A stretch of DNA of 56,476 nt. Origin: a virus. Lineage: Duplodnaviria; Caudoviricetes. Position numbers and translations under genes: made by a program. Under the pieces are notes generated by a model that saw only the letters and a program-made list of their open reading frames with translations, was not told the DNA's origin and ran no database searches. This document shows, piece after piece, positions 28,371 through 37,470 of the stretch (position 1 is the first letter of the stretch; every line of letters starts with the position of its first letter). Where the stretch lies: positions 1 to 56,476 of the IMG/VR virus record IMGVR_UViG_3300028802_000186, one strand, 5' to 3'.

Positions 28371-28685
28371 ATGACCTTGGTGAACGCGCAGAATTTGCCC
28401 TGGTATCTGATTGGGATTCTGGTTTCCGCGCTGATCGCGGTGTTCTACGCACTGCTCGGGGGGAAGGTCGTCTCCAACCGGGTCGCCGAGCTGCTGCGGG
28501 AGAGCGCCGAGAAGCGGGCCGAGATCGCCGAAGCCGGGGTGGCCGCGAATACTGAGAGCGTCAGGTCACTCGTGGAATCGGTGGGGAAGCTTATGGTGCT
28601 CGCAGAGAATCAGGACAAAGTCCTGAACGCCCTGCATCAGCGCGCGGGCCGGGGGGACACTAGAAGCCGAGGTGGTTCCTCGTGA
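28371..28685 (+). CDS. Membrane protein, lysis cassette
   Basis: N-terminal TM plus coiled coil. Confidence 0.7.
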   Translation: MTLVNAQNLPWYLIGILVSALIAVFYALLGGKVVSNRVAELLRESAEKRAEIAEAGVAANTESVRSLVESVGKLMVLAENQDKVLNALHQRAGRGDTRSRGGSS

Positions 28686-28891
28686 CGTGGTGGCGGTGGC
28701 GCAAGAAGGTGCAGCAGTCGCAGGAGGCGGTACGTGCGGCTGAGCGCCTGCGCGACACCGCCCAGGCGCAGCAGCGCCAGGTCGAGCGGATCACCCCACG
28801 CGTGGACGCTGTGTCGGCCTCCCTGCAGAAGCTGCGCACGGACAACCACATCGGACCGCTGATCGAGGCAATCCTGGGAGGCCGCGAGTGA
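28682..28891 (+). CDS. Small lysis-cassette protein
   Basis: W-rich N-terminus, ...DNHIGPLIE; GTGA overlap. Confidence 0.7.
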   Translation: MTWWRWRKKVQQSQEAVRAAERLRDTAQAQQRQVERITPRVDAVSASLQKLRTDNHIGPLIEAILGGRE

Positions 28892-29241
28892 CGCCTCAGC
28901 TTCTGGGCACCATCGGCATCCACCTCTCGGCGGTCATCTCCACCGTCGGTCTCGTGCTCTTCGTCGGCCTGGCCCGCTTCTGGCGCTCGCGGGGCGGTTG
29001 GCACGTCTTCTGGTACATGCTGATGATCTCGTGGGTGCTGGATCTCAGCTCGATCTCTCACCTGTTCGACGCCCCCTGGTTCGTCTGGCTGCGCGTCGCG
29101 ACCTTCGCCGTCGGGATGCCGCTGGTGCTCGGCTGGCGTTCCTGGATCATTTTTGATCTTCAACTCATGCGGCGGTGGCGGACGGCGCAGGCGTACCGTA
29201 AGGCAGACAGTCGCCCGGCCGCCTGGGAGGAGCGCAGATGA
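28888..29241 (+). CDS. Putative holin (3 TM)
   Basis: Three hydrophobic segments; RFWRSRGGWH. Confidence 0.65.
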   Translation: MTPQLLGTIGIHLSAVISTVGLVLFVGLARFWRSRGGWHVFWYMLMISWVLDLSSISHLFDAPWFVWLRVATFAVGMPLVLGWRSWIIFDLQLMRRWRTAQAYRKADSRPAAWEERR

Positions 29242-29966
29242 GCTGGCACGTCGCACCGGATCTCCAGGTGCTGATCAACGAGATCAAGGCAGAGCACCCC
29301 GGCGTCACGATCGGCACGATCGGGGACGAGGCGCACCAGGGAGAACCGTCCGACCACAACCCGGACAAGGACGGGTCGGTCAACGCGGCGGACCCGATGA
29401 TCGACGGGAAGCACTTCACGGCCGCCGACGCCAAGCGCCTGTTCGCCCGACTGGCCGAGCTGCTGGACCCCCGGATGGCCTATGCCATCTACAACCGGGA
29501 GATCGTGTCGACCACGGTCCAGCCGGGCAAGGTTCGGGATTACGACGGATCGGACCCGCACACGGGCCACGTGCACATCTCGGTCAAGCACACGAGCGAG
29601 TCCGACACTCGCCCCTGGCACATCACGGAGGAAGACATGCCCCTGACCGCCGCCGACGTCAAGACGCTGGCCAACACGGACAACGTGTTCAAGGCTCCGC
29701 CCGGGTCCAAGAACGCGGACGGCACCCCCAACGAGTACTGGTCGTTGGCCAGCTACGTCACGAACACGTACAACAACTCGGTGGCCGCCAAGACGTACGC
29801 CTCGCAAGCCCTCGCAGCGGTCAAGGCTCTGGGTGGCTCCGCGAGCATCGCGGCGGCAGTGGTGGCGGCTCTGCCTGCCGACCGCGATGACATCTCGCAG
29901 GCCGAGGTGACCATCGCCGTCTCGGCTGCCGTGGACGCGGCGATCGCCAAGCTGGCGGCGGCATGA
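29238..29966 (+). CDS. Endolysin, M15-like zinc peptidase
   Basis: GTIGDEAH...SDHNP...AAD...HTGHVHIS. Confidence 0.8.
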   Translation: MSWHVAPDLQVLINEIKAEHPGVTIGTIGDEAHQGEPSDHNPDKDGSVNAADPMIDGKHFTAADAKRLFARLAELLDPRMAYAIYNREIVSTTVQPGKVRDYDGSDPHTGHVHISVKHTSESDTRPWHITEEDMPLTAADVKTLANTDNVFKAPPGSKNADGTPNEYWSLASYVTNTYNNSVAAKTYASQALAAVKALGGSASIAAAVVAALPADRDDISQAEVTIAVSAAVDAAIAKLAAA

Positions 29967-30217
29967 ACCCGTTCAAGAAGGCCCCCATCGCCACTCTGGT
30001 GGCGTGGTCGACCACTGTGCTGGCCGTGCTGGTGACGCTTCAGTCCACCGGCGTACTCGCCGGGTCCGCCGCGCACTGGGCGGACGTGGCAGCCGGAGTG
30101 CTCCAGGTGCTGCTAACCGCCTACGCCCGGCAGCATGTGACGCCCGTGGCGGCCCCGAAGGACAACCTGGGCCGGGCCCTCGTGCCTGGCAAGATCATGC
30201 CCCCGTCGGGCTTCTGA
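29963..30217 (+). CDS. Holin
   Basis: Two TMs followed by RQHVTPVAAPKD. Confidence 0.75.
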   Translation: MNPFKKAPIATLVAWSTTVLAVLVTLQSTGVLAGSAAHWADVAAGVLQVLLTAYARQHVTPVAAPKDNLGRALVPGKIMPPSGF

Positions 30218-30567
30218 TGGCCGGGCGCACCCCTCTGGCTGTGGCCAGCGTGAGCCGTCTCGTGCAGACGCCTTTCCCGGCGCCCTCGGTGGCCGGGGAT
30301 GTGACCAACGGCAACGTCAGCCCCAACGACGGGGCGACCTTCCTCGCCGTGCTATCCGGTGACACCAACCCGCACGGGCTGACGGTGACGGTGGTCAATG
30401 GGGTGGACGGGCTGACCGCCGGGCCGCGCTCGTACACGGTCCCGGGGTCAGCGTCCGGCACGCAGCTCGTCGGCCCGTTCCCGCTGCAGTTCTACGGCTC
30501 GCAGCTGCTATGGAACGTCGACTCCGCGCAGCTCAAGGTTGCGGCGTATTCCCTGCTGGGGCCCTGA
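30217..30567 (+). CDS. Small beta-sandwich virion/decoration-like protein
   Basis: GDVTNGN...NDG.TFL.V...VDGL...GPFP..FYG. Confidence 0.55.
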   Translation: MAGRTPLAVASVSRLVQTPFPAPSVAGDVTNGNVSPNDGATFLAVLSGDTNPHGLTVTVVNGVDGLTAGPRSYTVPGSASGTQLVGPFPLQFYGSQLLWNVDSAQLKVAAYSLLGP

Positions 30568-30692
30568 CTCCTCGCCGTTTTTGATCTTGCGCCTGGGCCG
30601 GTACGACCTCTGGATCTCCAGCAGTTCCCGGCGCCGGGCGTTGGCGGCTCGCCGCTCATCCGCCCGGCGCTGAGTCCGTTCCCCCCGGCTGG

Positions 30693-31202
30693 TCACCCGA
30701 TGGGGGTCTGCGGCCCGAACGTCGGCAGGTCGGGGGCCGTCATCTGCACCGGCACGTCCATGTCGCGCGCCCAGGCCAGCAGCCGGGTCACGGTGGCGCC
30801 CGGGTCCGCCCCGTCCCACTTCGGCGCGTGCTCCACCTCGGGCACCTCGGCGAAGTCGTCCCAGTGGGTCAGCTTGTAGTGGTAGGTGATCGTCCCGGCG
30901 GGCGTGTCGATCCCCACGACGAAGTAGCCGCCCTCGAACATCGGGCTGTCGTCGGGGTGGTGTGCCTTGGACCGCCAGGAGATGTCCGCCCGCTCGGCGG
31001 CGAGGGCTGCCGTGAGGGCGCGCCGGTGGTCGTACAGCTCCTCCATCGTGTGGAAGCCGTCAGTGAGCTGCGCCGGATGGCCGCCCATGACGGGCTTCGG
31101 ACCCTCCTCGTCGGTGATCGGCCGCTGGTGCAGCTCGTACTCGTCGGCGTCGTGCTGGTGCCAGCCGTGCTGCCCGTGCGCGTGAACGATGGGCGCGCTC
31201 AT
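30693..31202 (-). CDS. WDGH-domain protein
   Basis: DGFHTMEELYDHR...WRSKAH...GTITYHY...WDDF...APKWDG. Confidence 0.72.
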   Translation of the reverse strand: MSAPIVHAHGQHGWHQHDADEYELHQRPITDEEGPKPVMGGHPAQLTDGFHTMEELYDHRRALTAALAAERADISWRSKAHHPDDSPMFEGGYFVVGIDTPAGTITYHYKLTHWDDFAEVPEVEHAPKWDGADPGATVTRLLAWARDMDVPVQMTAPDLPTFGPQTPIG

Positions 31203-31573
31203 GCCTGCGGCCGATCCTGGACCGGCCCGAACGGCGGGAGGTCCCCGAAGGTGAGGGCCGGGTTCGGGGGGTCCATGACGGTGGCCGGACGCGGGACCGG
31301 GCCGGGCCTGCCGTAGTCGGAGCGGATGCCCGCGCGGACCATCCAGTCCTTCGCCTCGACGAGCGTGTTCAGTGCGGTGGTCAGCTCGGCGGAGTCGGTG
31401 GGGATGCGTTCCAGCAGCTCGACGGCGGCCGTGTAGATGGGCGCCGACAGGGACTGGAGTTCGTCGGGCAGGTGGGAGAACGCCAGCCAGGCGAGGGCGG
31501 TCACGACGCCGGGGTGCCGGTCGTGGGTGACCATCGCGGCGTGGTCGGCTGAGCCGATACGGGGGAGCATCAT
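31199..31573 (-). CDS. Helical-hairpin protein, possibly Acb2/Tad1-like sponge fold
   Basis: FSHLPDELQSLS...AELTTALNTLVEAKDWMVRA. Confidence 0.5.
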   Translation of the reverse strand: MMLPRIGSADHAAMVTHDRHPGVVTALAWLAFSHLPDELQSLSAPIYTAAVELLERIPTDSAELTTALNTLVEAKDWMVRAGIRSDYGRPGPVPRPATVMDPPNPALTFGDLPPFGPVQDRPQA

Positions 31574-32079
31574 GCGGTGTCTTCCTCCTGGTTTTTGATC
31601 TTGCGGGGTTCGGCGTGCTCGGCCGGGCAGGTGCCCTCGCCGAAGTCCGGGCAGGTCGGCTCCTGGCAGCTCGGCCCGTCTATGAGGGCGAGCGCGTCGT
31701 AGCTGAGTTCGTAGAAGGGGTTCATGTTCAGGTCGTCGGCCCACTCGTAGCCGCCCGCCTCGGTCAGGTACCACCAGCCGTAGCCGTTCACGGTGTGGAT
31801 CTTCGCCGGAACCTCGCGCGGGTCGACCCCGGCCCGCCGCTCGACCACCCAGCCGACCGCCACGCACCCGGCAGCGTCGGAAAGCGTCAAGTCATGGCAA
31901 GTGCGGCAGAGCATGAGCAGGTTCCGGGGATCGTTCGACACGTCGGACCCGGCCCGGTGCACGCCGCCGATGCCACGCGTCATCCGGTGGTGCGGGTCCA
32001 GGTCCCTGAACGCACGGCAGCCCTCGCACGACCCGTACGAACGGGCCTGCGCGAGGGCCTTGGCGATCTCGAAGCTCAC
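31570..32079 (-). CDS. HNH endonuclease-like protein
   Basis: CEGC...HHR...N..NLLMLCRTCH. Confidence 0.8.
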   Translation of the reverse strand: MSFEIAKALAQARSYGSCEGCRAFRDLDPHHRMTRGIGGVHRAGSDVSNDPRNLLMLCRTCHDLTLSDAAGCVAVGWVVERRAGVDPREVPAKIHTVNGYGWWYLTEAGGYEWADDLNMNPFYELSYDALALIDGPSCQEPTCPDFGEGTCPAEHAEPRKIKNQEEDTA

Positions 32080-32276
32080 CGGACCGGCTCGTCCGGAGCC
32101 GGGGCGTGCCGGGCGTCGACGACCTCGCGGTAGCCCTGCCTGCTGGGCGGGTAGCCCATGCCGTCGTCGCGGATGACGATGGCGTACGGGTCGCGGCCCG
32201 CCTTCTTGACCATCCGGCGGCGCTGCTTGGGAGTCATCTGTGTTCCGGCCCGTGCGATGCGGGTGGCTGTGTCCAT
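32076..32276 (-). CDS. Hypothetical protein
   Basis: GAGGAG RBS downstream of operator-like palindrome. Confidence 0.6.
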   Translation of the reverse strand: MDTATRIARAGTQMTPKQRRRMVKKAGRDPYAIVIRDDGMGYPPSRQGYREVVDARHAPAPDEPVR

Positions 32277-32292
32277 CCTGCTCATCTCCTCG

Positions 32293-32311
32293 TGTATGCC
32301 ACCAGCATACA
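32293..32311. promoter_or_regulatory. Operator-like perfect palindrome overlapping TATGCT -10
   Basis: TGTATGC-CACCA-GCATACA. Confidence 0.65.
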
Positions 32312-32322
32312 CCACGGCGGTG

Positions 32323-32613
32323 TCAGCAGGGGCAGTGCCTGGTCTTGCTGTGTTCCGGATTCGGCCAATGCCCGGTTGCCTTCTTCTCCAGCCGGGCGCA
32401 GTGCCCCTTGACCTGCTCAGGTTTCACGTACTTGCCCAGATGGTCCAGGCAGCGGCAGAACGCGCACGGCTCCGGCCAGCGGATCTTCGCCGCCCCCTCG
32501 CCCGCCGTCCAGTAGGCGTCTAGCCGCGCCTCCCCCGCCGCACCCTTGGGGGTCACTGCGAAGGAGGCGCGGATGGCGTAGCCGAGGTCGCGGGCGAGCT
32601 GCACGAGCTGCAT
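32323..32613 (-). CDS. Stand-alone 'YW..GEGAAKIRW' Cys/His domain protein
   Basis: LDAYWTAGEGAAKIRW...RC...KY...GHCARL...ATGHWP. Confidence 0.65.
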   Translation of the reverse strand: MQLVQLARDLGYAIRASFAVTPKGAAGEARLDAYWTAGEGAAKIRWPEPCAFCRCLDHLGKYVKPEQVKGHCARLEKKATGHWPNPEHSKTRHCPC

Positions 32614-32618
32614 GCGCC

Positions 32619-32870
32619 TCAGGATAGGGGTCGCCGGAACCGCCAGGCCCGGTACTGCCGGGGCGCGTCTCGCAGCTCCCACCACGGGTGGACGTGCAGG
32701 TGGCCGTGGGACTGGATTACCAGGCGGTCGCCGCGCACGGCTACCACCACCCCCAGCCGCCAGTAGGTGCGGGTCACGTGCCGATCGCGGTGGCCCATGC
32801 GCACCTCGTACGCGGCGATGCACCGATCGCCGACGTGCCACCGTCGGACGGGGGCACGTCGGCGGGACAT
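32619..32870 (-). CDS. Hypothetical protein (SH3-like)
   Basis: WHVGDRC...GVVVAVRGD. Confidence 0.55.
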   Translation of the reverse strand: MSRRRAPVRRWHVGDRCIAAYEVRMGHRDRHVTRTYWRLGVVVAVRGDRLVIQSHGHLHVHPWWELRDAPRQYRAWRFRRPLS

Positions 32871-33334
32871 CAGAGCCCGGCAGCCTTGACGCCGTGGACG
32901 GCCTGAGCGTGGGTGAAGCCCTCGTACTCCAGTTGCTCGGTGAGCCCCTTGCTGGAGAACGCCTGCCCGCTCAGGTAGCTCTTGGCCGAGCGAGCGGCCT
33001 GCGCGTTCCAGTCGACGCCCAGCGAGTCCACGGCGGCCGTGGACGCCTTGGCCGGGTAGCCCTCGTATTCGAGCTGTTCGATCAGGCCCTTGCGGGAGAA
33101 GCCGTGTCCGCCGTCCAGGTAGCTGCGCGCCGATGCGGCGGCGTTGAGCTGTTCCGCGCTGATCGTCTTGGTTACCCGGGGCGTCGGCACCGCCCCGGTC
33201 GGGGTCCTGGTCGTCGGCTCGACGACCGGCGCTGATGCGGCCTGGTCGATGGCCCGGTCGGTACGGCTGGGGCTGCCGCAGGCGATCAACGCGGCCAGCG
33301 CCGCCGCGCCGAGGGCGATTCGGATCTTGCTCAT
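32870..33334 (-). CDS. ltp: Ltp-family surface lipoprotein (superinfection exclusion-like)
   Basis: Lipobox LIAC; two repeats A..SA.SYL....FS.KGL.EQLEYEG. Confidence 0.88.
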   Translation of the reverse strand: MSKIRIALGAAALAALIACGSPSRTDRAIDQAASAPVVEPTTRTPTGAVPTPRVTKTISAEQLNAAASARSYLDGGHGFSRKGLIEQLEYEGYPAKASTAAVDSLGVDWNAQAARSAKSYLSGQAFSSKGLTEQLEYEGFTHAQAVHGVKAAGL

Positions 33335-33386
33335 CTCTCTCCTCCATGATCAAAAACGATGGAATGATGCCTTGCTGCCTGCGCGG

Positions 33387-33584
33387 TTACTGCCAACCCC
33401 CGGGCGGCGGCAGGCAGGCCCTCCTGACGCCGTGGCCGTGCCGCTGCGTAGAGACGTGGCCGCCCCTGACCGTGCAGTCCCGGGTGAACTTGTCCGGCTC
33501 GGCCGGAGTGTTGCCGCCACATCCGGCGGCCGTGGTCGAGACGAGCACAACGACTGCCACCAGGGTCAGGATGAGCCGCCTCAC
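33387..33584 (-). CDS. Small lipoprotein
   Basis: Signal peptide with AAGC lipobox. Confidence 0.6.
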   Translation of the reverse strand: MRRLILTLVAVVVLVSTTAAGCGGNTPAEPDKFTRDCTVRGGHVSTQRHGHGVRRACLPPPGGWQ

Positions 33585-34102
33585 GCCCCGGCCTCCAGCA
33601 TGGCGACGAAGCCGTTCGCGAGCGCCGCCATGCGCCCGACGCCCTCGTCGGTGGTGGTGACCGTGACGTACGGCTTGCCTTGGGTTACTTCGATGAAGCC
33701 CAGGACCTCGCCGGTGGCCGAGTCCAGGCCCTCGCTGCCGACGGGCAGCGAGCCCGCCACGTCGAGGAGCTTCTTCAGGAATGCGGGCCGGACGACCCGT
33801 ACGGTCTGCACTTCGTCCGGGTAGTTCCTCTCGGCCCACGCCAGGGCGGCGGGCTCGTCGGTGATCTTGACGCTCTTGCGGCCGTCGGAGTGGCCCACGG
33901 CGGCCAGCTTGGTGCCGTCCGGCAGGAACGCCCCGACCCGCTCCACGTGCATCCGGCCCATGTCGGCGGTCACCTTCGCCCGCAGCGCGTCAGCGACGGG
34001 CTTCAGCACCTTCAGGTAGGCCTCAAGCGCCGCCAGCTTCTCCGCGTCGGTCAACCCCCCGGGGCCGTCGTCGTGGACGGCCCCGGGGACGTTGTCGGTC
34101 AT
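33581..34102 (-). CDS. Recombination-module protein (Gam/gp157-like)
   Basis: KITDEPAALAWA...VRPAFLKKLL...TGEVLG; adjacent to ERF. Confidence 0.55.
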   Translation of the reverse strand: MTDNVPGAVHDDGPGGLTDAEKLAALEAYLKVLKPVADALRAKVTADMGRMHVERVGAFLPDGTKLAAVGHSDGRKSVKITDEPAALAWAERNYPDEVQTVRVVRPAFLKKLLDVAGSLPVGSEGLDSATGEVLGFIEVTQGKPYVTVTTTDEGVGRMAALANGFVAMLEAGA

Positions 34103-34314
34103 GCGCACTCCTTCATCGGTTGTGGCCTGCACGCCCGCAGGGTGCGGGCAATATCGGCCCGGGTATTGGCTATCGATCGGCCCTTGCCGGGCGTGGCAGG
34201 GCAGACGAGCTGGGCGTGCCCGCAGGGGCAGCGCCAAATCTGGTGGACCCGCTGGCGGGCCAGCGTGAATCCGGCCAGCTCGAACGCGCGGCGCAGTATC
34301 GTCCCGTCCCTCAT
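34099..34314 (-). CDS. HicA-like small protein
   Basis: GFTLARQRVHQIW..P.G...V..TP...R...NTRADI. Confidence 0.45.
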   Translation of the reverse strand: MRDGTILRRAFELAGFTLARQRVHQIWRCPCGHAQLVCPATPGKGRSIANTRADIARTLRACRPQPMKECA

Positions 34315-35264
34315 CGCACGTCGGCCGAGTCGTAGGCGGTGTCCTCGGGCGCGGTCTCCTGCGAGCCCTCGGCGTCCGCCGCGTGCTGGGCCAGCTCCCG
34401 GGCCGTGAACAGCGCCTCCTCCAAGGTCTCCGTCGCCGAGACCTTGATCTTCATCAGGCCCCGCGTCTCGCCGATCGCCTTGAGGGCAGCGATCTCCTCC
34501 GGGGTGGTCTGCGGCAGCAGTGCGGTGTCCGCCAGGCGCAGCGCCAGCACGAGGGTGGCCGTCTTGCCGGAGGGGCCCACGCCCCGGTTGTGCAGGTCCC
34601 GGCTGGCCATCCAGTCGTACGCCTTGCCTACCGCCGTCAGGTCGACTTGGGTCAGCTTGGCCTGGTAGTCGGCCACCTCATCGTCGGTCCAGGAGGTCTT
34701 GGGCGGCGTGGCCGGTGCGGGCTCGTCGGTGTGGTTGACGCCGCGCCGGTGCTGGTCCATGGCCTGCTGAACGGTGGCCTGCACAGGCCGGGCGCTGTCC
34801 CAGCTCTCGCGGGCCGTGGCCTGCGCCTGCTTGCCGTCGTCGTCGATGCCGCCGGGGAATGTGCCGGTCAGGCCCCATCCGAGATACCGACGGCCGTAGG
34901 TCATGGCCGAGCCGATGTCCTGCGGTCCCATCCGGCGGGGGTCGGGCAGCGGCCAGTAGGCCGTCTCCCGCTCGCCCATCTCGTGCAGCAGCGTCACCTC
35001 CAGCATGAACACGCCCTCAGGCGTGAACGTGGTGCGTGAGGTGACGGCCAGGCCGTGCTTGCCGAGGACGGGTTCGACGATCTCGACGAACTGGTCCAGG
35101 CCCGCATAGCCGTAGGTGTAGTTGGCCTTTTCGCTTTTGACCTTGGCCGTCTCGTCCTTGGACATCTTCGGCACTTCGGCCTGAAAAGCGGCCAGCGCCT
35201 CGGCAAGGCTGGAGTGCGGGGCGGTTCCGTTGTCCCAGACCTTGGGGGTTTCCTGCTCTGCCAT
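34311..35264 (-). CDS. erf: ERF-family single-strand annealing protein
   Basis: YGYAGLD...PQDIGSAMTYGRRY...DDDG. Confidence 0.92.
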   Translation of the reverse strand: MAEQETPKVWDNGTAPHSSLAEALAAFQAEVPKMSKDETAKVKSEKANYTYGYAGLDQFVEIVEPVLGKHGLAVTSRTTFTPEGVFMLEVTLLHEMGERETAYWPLPDPRRMGPQDIGSAMTYGRRYLGWGLTGTFPGGIDDDGKQAQATARESWDSARPVQATVQQAMDQHRRGVNHTDEPAPATPPKTSWTDDEVADYQAKLTQVDLTAVGKAYDWMASRDLHNRGVGPSGKTATLVLALRLADTALLPQTTPEEIAALKAIGETRGLMKIKVSATETLEEALFTARELAQHAADAEGSQETAPEDTAYDSADVR

Positions 35265-35285
35265 GCGTGTGCCTCCTCGATCGAC

Positions 35286-35324
35286 TGTCTACGCACAGCA
35301 TACACGATGGCCGCCAGCGGTCAA
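35286..35324 (-). promoter_or_regulatory. Promoter with operator-like motif upstream of erf
   Basis: TTGACC-N16-TATGCT; 20-bp TGTATGCTGTGCGTAGACAG identical to 48581-48600. Confidence 0.7.
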
Positions 35325-36040
35325 TCGTCCGTGATGCAGTAGCACTCTCCCGGCTCGCACCGGCAGGCCTGGTCCGCGCAGCACCGCTCCGTCGCCTGCG
35401 GCCCGTGCGTCGGGCACTGGGGTCCGTGCTCCGGTCCGCAGCCGCAAGGGGTCAGCCTCGCGCCGGGCCTGAACGGGTAGTTGTGCGCGTGATCTATGCG
35501 GTAGCAGACCCCTGGATCGGTGCACGTCTCCGTCTTCGGCCGGTAGTGAGGGTTGGGCTCGGCGTCCTGCTGTCGCCGGAACGCGGCGTGCTCCCGCTCC
35601 CAGGCCACCGTGCGGGGCTTCAGCGCCTCCCTGGAGCCCTCCGGCAGGTCGGCCCGTACGCGGGCCACCAGATCGGCCACGGCCGCCGGGAGGTCACTCA
35701 GAGCCAGCCGCTTGATCTCCTGCCCGGTCTCCGCCGCCGACGGCCGCAGCTCGGTCGGCATCGGCCGATCTTTCGGCACCCCGGCCTGCCCTGGCGCCCA
35801 CCCGGTGTGCCGGGCGGCCATGTCCCGCTGGCTCACCATGTCCCGGACGGCGCGCCGGACGTGGGCGGGCATCATCCAGTCGGTCTGCTCCGCGTAGTGC
35901 TGCTTGACCGCCTCCAGGCAATCCTCAAAAGACGCATCGGGGAGGACGGCCTGCCAGGCGACCACATCGCCGTCGCCGACGGTGCGGCGGTCGAAGGACG
36001 CCATGGCACCCAGAAGGCGGGCGGTTTCCGAGAGATTCAC
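35321..36040 (-). CDS. Helicase loader/inhibitor-like (G39P-like) protein
   Basis: ETARLL...FDRR...AW...AVKQHY...WMMPAHV; follows initiator. Confidence 0.65.
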   Translation of the reverse strand: MNLSETARLLGAMASFDRRTVGDGDVVAWQAVLPDASFEDCLEAVKQHYAEQTDWMMPAHVRRAVRDMVSQRDMAARHTGWAPGQAGVPKDRPMPTELRPSAAETGQEIKRLALSDLPAAVADLVARVRADLPEGSREALKPRTVAWEREHAAFRRQQDAEPNPHYRPKTETCTDPGVCYRIDHAHNYPFRPGARLTPCGCGPEHGPQCPTHGPQATERCCADQACRCEPGECYCITDD

Positions 36041-36822
36041 AGTCCCTGCTCCTCGTACTTTCGGGCGATGTCGAGCGCCTGCCCGACTCGCTGATCGGTC
36101 GTGCTCGGGCGGTATGGCGCGCCGGAGGTGGGCGCCAGGGCGTTGCCGGGCCGTCGTGTTGCGCGCTCGGCCGCCGAGCGCATCCAGTTACGCCACGTCG
36201 CGGGCCAGTCGTGCTTGCGGCCCTTCACGCCGGGCGCACCGAGCCAGTAGTCGACGAACTTGGCGTGTTCGGTGCGGACGTCAACCACGTGGTGCAACTG
36301 CTCGGCAGCGAACCAGGCGCGCAGGCTCTCGTCGGGGATGAAGTTCGCGGGGAGCCTCGTCGCGCGTGAAGACTCCGAAGGAGTCTTAGTCTTCTTCTGG
36401 TCTTCTAGAGAGGAACGAGGGGGCGTTTTCCTGCCGTTCGGTTCACCTGCGGAAACGCCCTGCTCTCCCTGGTCGGACCGAGGGGGCGTTTTCCCGCCGT
36501 TCCCGAGGGGGCTGTTCCCGCCCTCTCGGGGGTCGGTCAGTACGTAGCTGACGCGCGATCCGCCGGTGACGATGGGGGTCCGTTCGCGGCGCAGATACCC
36601 GGCCTCTTCAAGGGCGCGGGTCATGGTCCGCACGGCCGCGCGTTCCCCGGGCCCCGCCGCGATGATGCCCTCTTCGGTGATCGGGTAGCCCTCGGCGTGG
36701 CTCTGCATCCAAGCCAGCAGGCCGCGCGCCGCCCAGGACAGCGAGTCGTCACGCACCCAGGCGTTAGAGATGATCGTGAAGTGGTCGGTCGGCAGTGGAC
36801 CGCGCCTGATGGTGATTGCCAT
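36037..36822 (-). CDS. Replication initiator protein (HTH)
   Basis: FTIISNAWVRDDSLSWAARGLL...LEEAGYL; ATRLP..F.P...FVDYW...DWPATWRNW. Confidence 0.82.
   Translation of the reverse strand: MAITIRRGPLPTDHFTIISNAWVRDDSLSWAARGLLAWMQSHAEGYPITEEGIIAAGPGERAAVRTMTRALEEAGYLRRERTPIVTGGSRVSYVLTDPREGGNSPLGNGGKTPPRSDQGEQGVSAGEPNGRKTPPRSSLEDQKKTKTPSESSRATRLPANFIPDESLRAWFAAEQLHHVVDVRTEHAKFVDYWLGAPGVKGRKHDWPATWRNWMRSAAERATRRPGNALAPTSGAPYRPSTTDQRVGQALDIARKYEEQGL
36416..36527. repeat. Three 24-bp iteron-like direct repeats within initiator gene (putative origin)
   Basis: CGAGGGGGCGTTTTCCYGCCGTTC at 36416 and 36479, variant at 36504; lower-GC tract at ~36381-36413. Confidence 0.65.
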
Positions 36823-36906
36823 AGGTGCCACTTTCAGATAGGGCACCCTGCGGAGTTGCCGTGCCTGTATGGCGTCGGTAGACTCCGGGGTGACGATTTG
36901 AGCACT

Positions 36907-36939
36907 GCAACGCCTCGGGTTCGCACCCCGGGGCGTTGC
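36907..36939 (-). terminator. Hairpin between HTH gene and initiator
   Basis: GCAACGCCTCGGG / CCCGGGGCGTTGC. Confidence 0.55.
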
Positions 36940-36954
36940 TCATTTCTACACCCG

Positions 36955-37302
36955 TCAGGCTGCGGGCGACAGCTCCGCCTCGTCCGGGTAGTCATGCCAC
37001 ACCCGGCCGGTCGGGACGACGAACCCGCCCTTGATCGTCGAGGCGTACCAGAGCGGTTCCTTGATCAGCGGAAAGTCCACCGGCGGCAGGTGGTCGCGCT
37101 GCTTCCACTGCTGCGGAGTGAACCGCTCCACCCTCATGTGCCGGGCGATACCGGCCAGGTCCACAACCTGCCGGATCCGCTCCAGCTCGCGCAAGGTGTC
37201 ATCGGGGCTGAGGGCGACCAGGCCATTGAGCCGGTTCACCTCCCGCTTCAGGCGCTCGATCTCCTGGACCGCCTCCTGCCACATCGTCTTATAGCTAGGC
37301 AT
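36955..37302 (-). CDS. AlpA/excisionase-like winged-HTH DNA-binding protein
   Basis: VVDLAGIARHMRV...QQWKQR..LP.....PLW. Confidence 0.6.
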   Translation of the reverse strand: MPSYKTMWQEAVQEIERLKREVNRLNGLVALSPDDTLRELERIRQVVDLAGIARHMRVERFTPQQWKQRDHLPPVDFPLIKEPLWYASTIKGGFVVPTGRVWHDYPDEAELSPAA

Positions 37303-37408
37303 ATCTGTCCTCACCTGTGTTTCGGGTGTTCGTCAGCCAGCAGCTTACAGGAGTTGACCTCGCGGAGGCTATGTGACCGCCGCGCTGACGTGCTCTGTAA
37401 TGTCCCGG

Positions 37409-37437
37409 TTGACAGCGGGAGCCGAGGTGTGGATGAT
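37409..37437 (+). promoter_or_regulatory. Rightward promoter
   Basis: TTGACA-N17-GATGAT at the transcription divergence point. Confidence 0.55.
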
Positions 37438-37470
37438 GAAGACGTTCACACCCCCCGAGGAGGGACCGAG

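Noticed and set aside
30508-30696. 62-aa Arg-rich minus-strand ORF at the convergence point
   Set aside because: Overlaps the convergent plus-strand gene by 60 bp and has no recognisable features; possible but unsupported.
36416-36527. CRISPR-like mini-array
   Set aside because: Only three degenerate repeats with 39-bp and 1-bp gaps inside a coding gene, and no cas genes; better explained as iterons.
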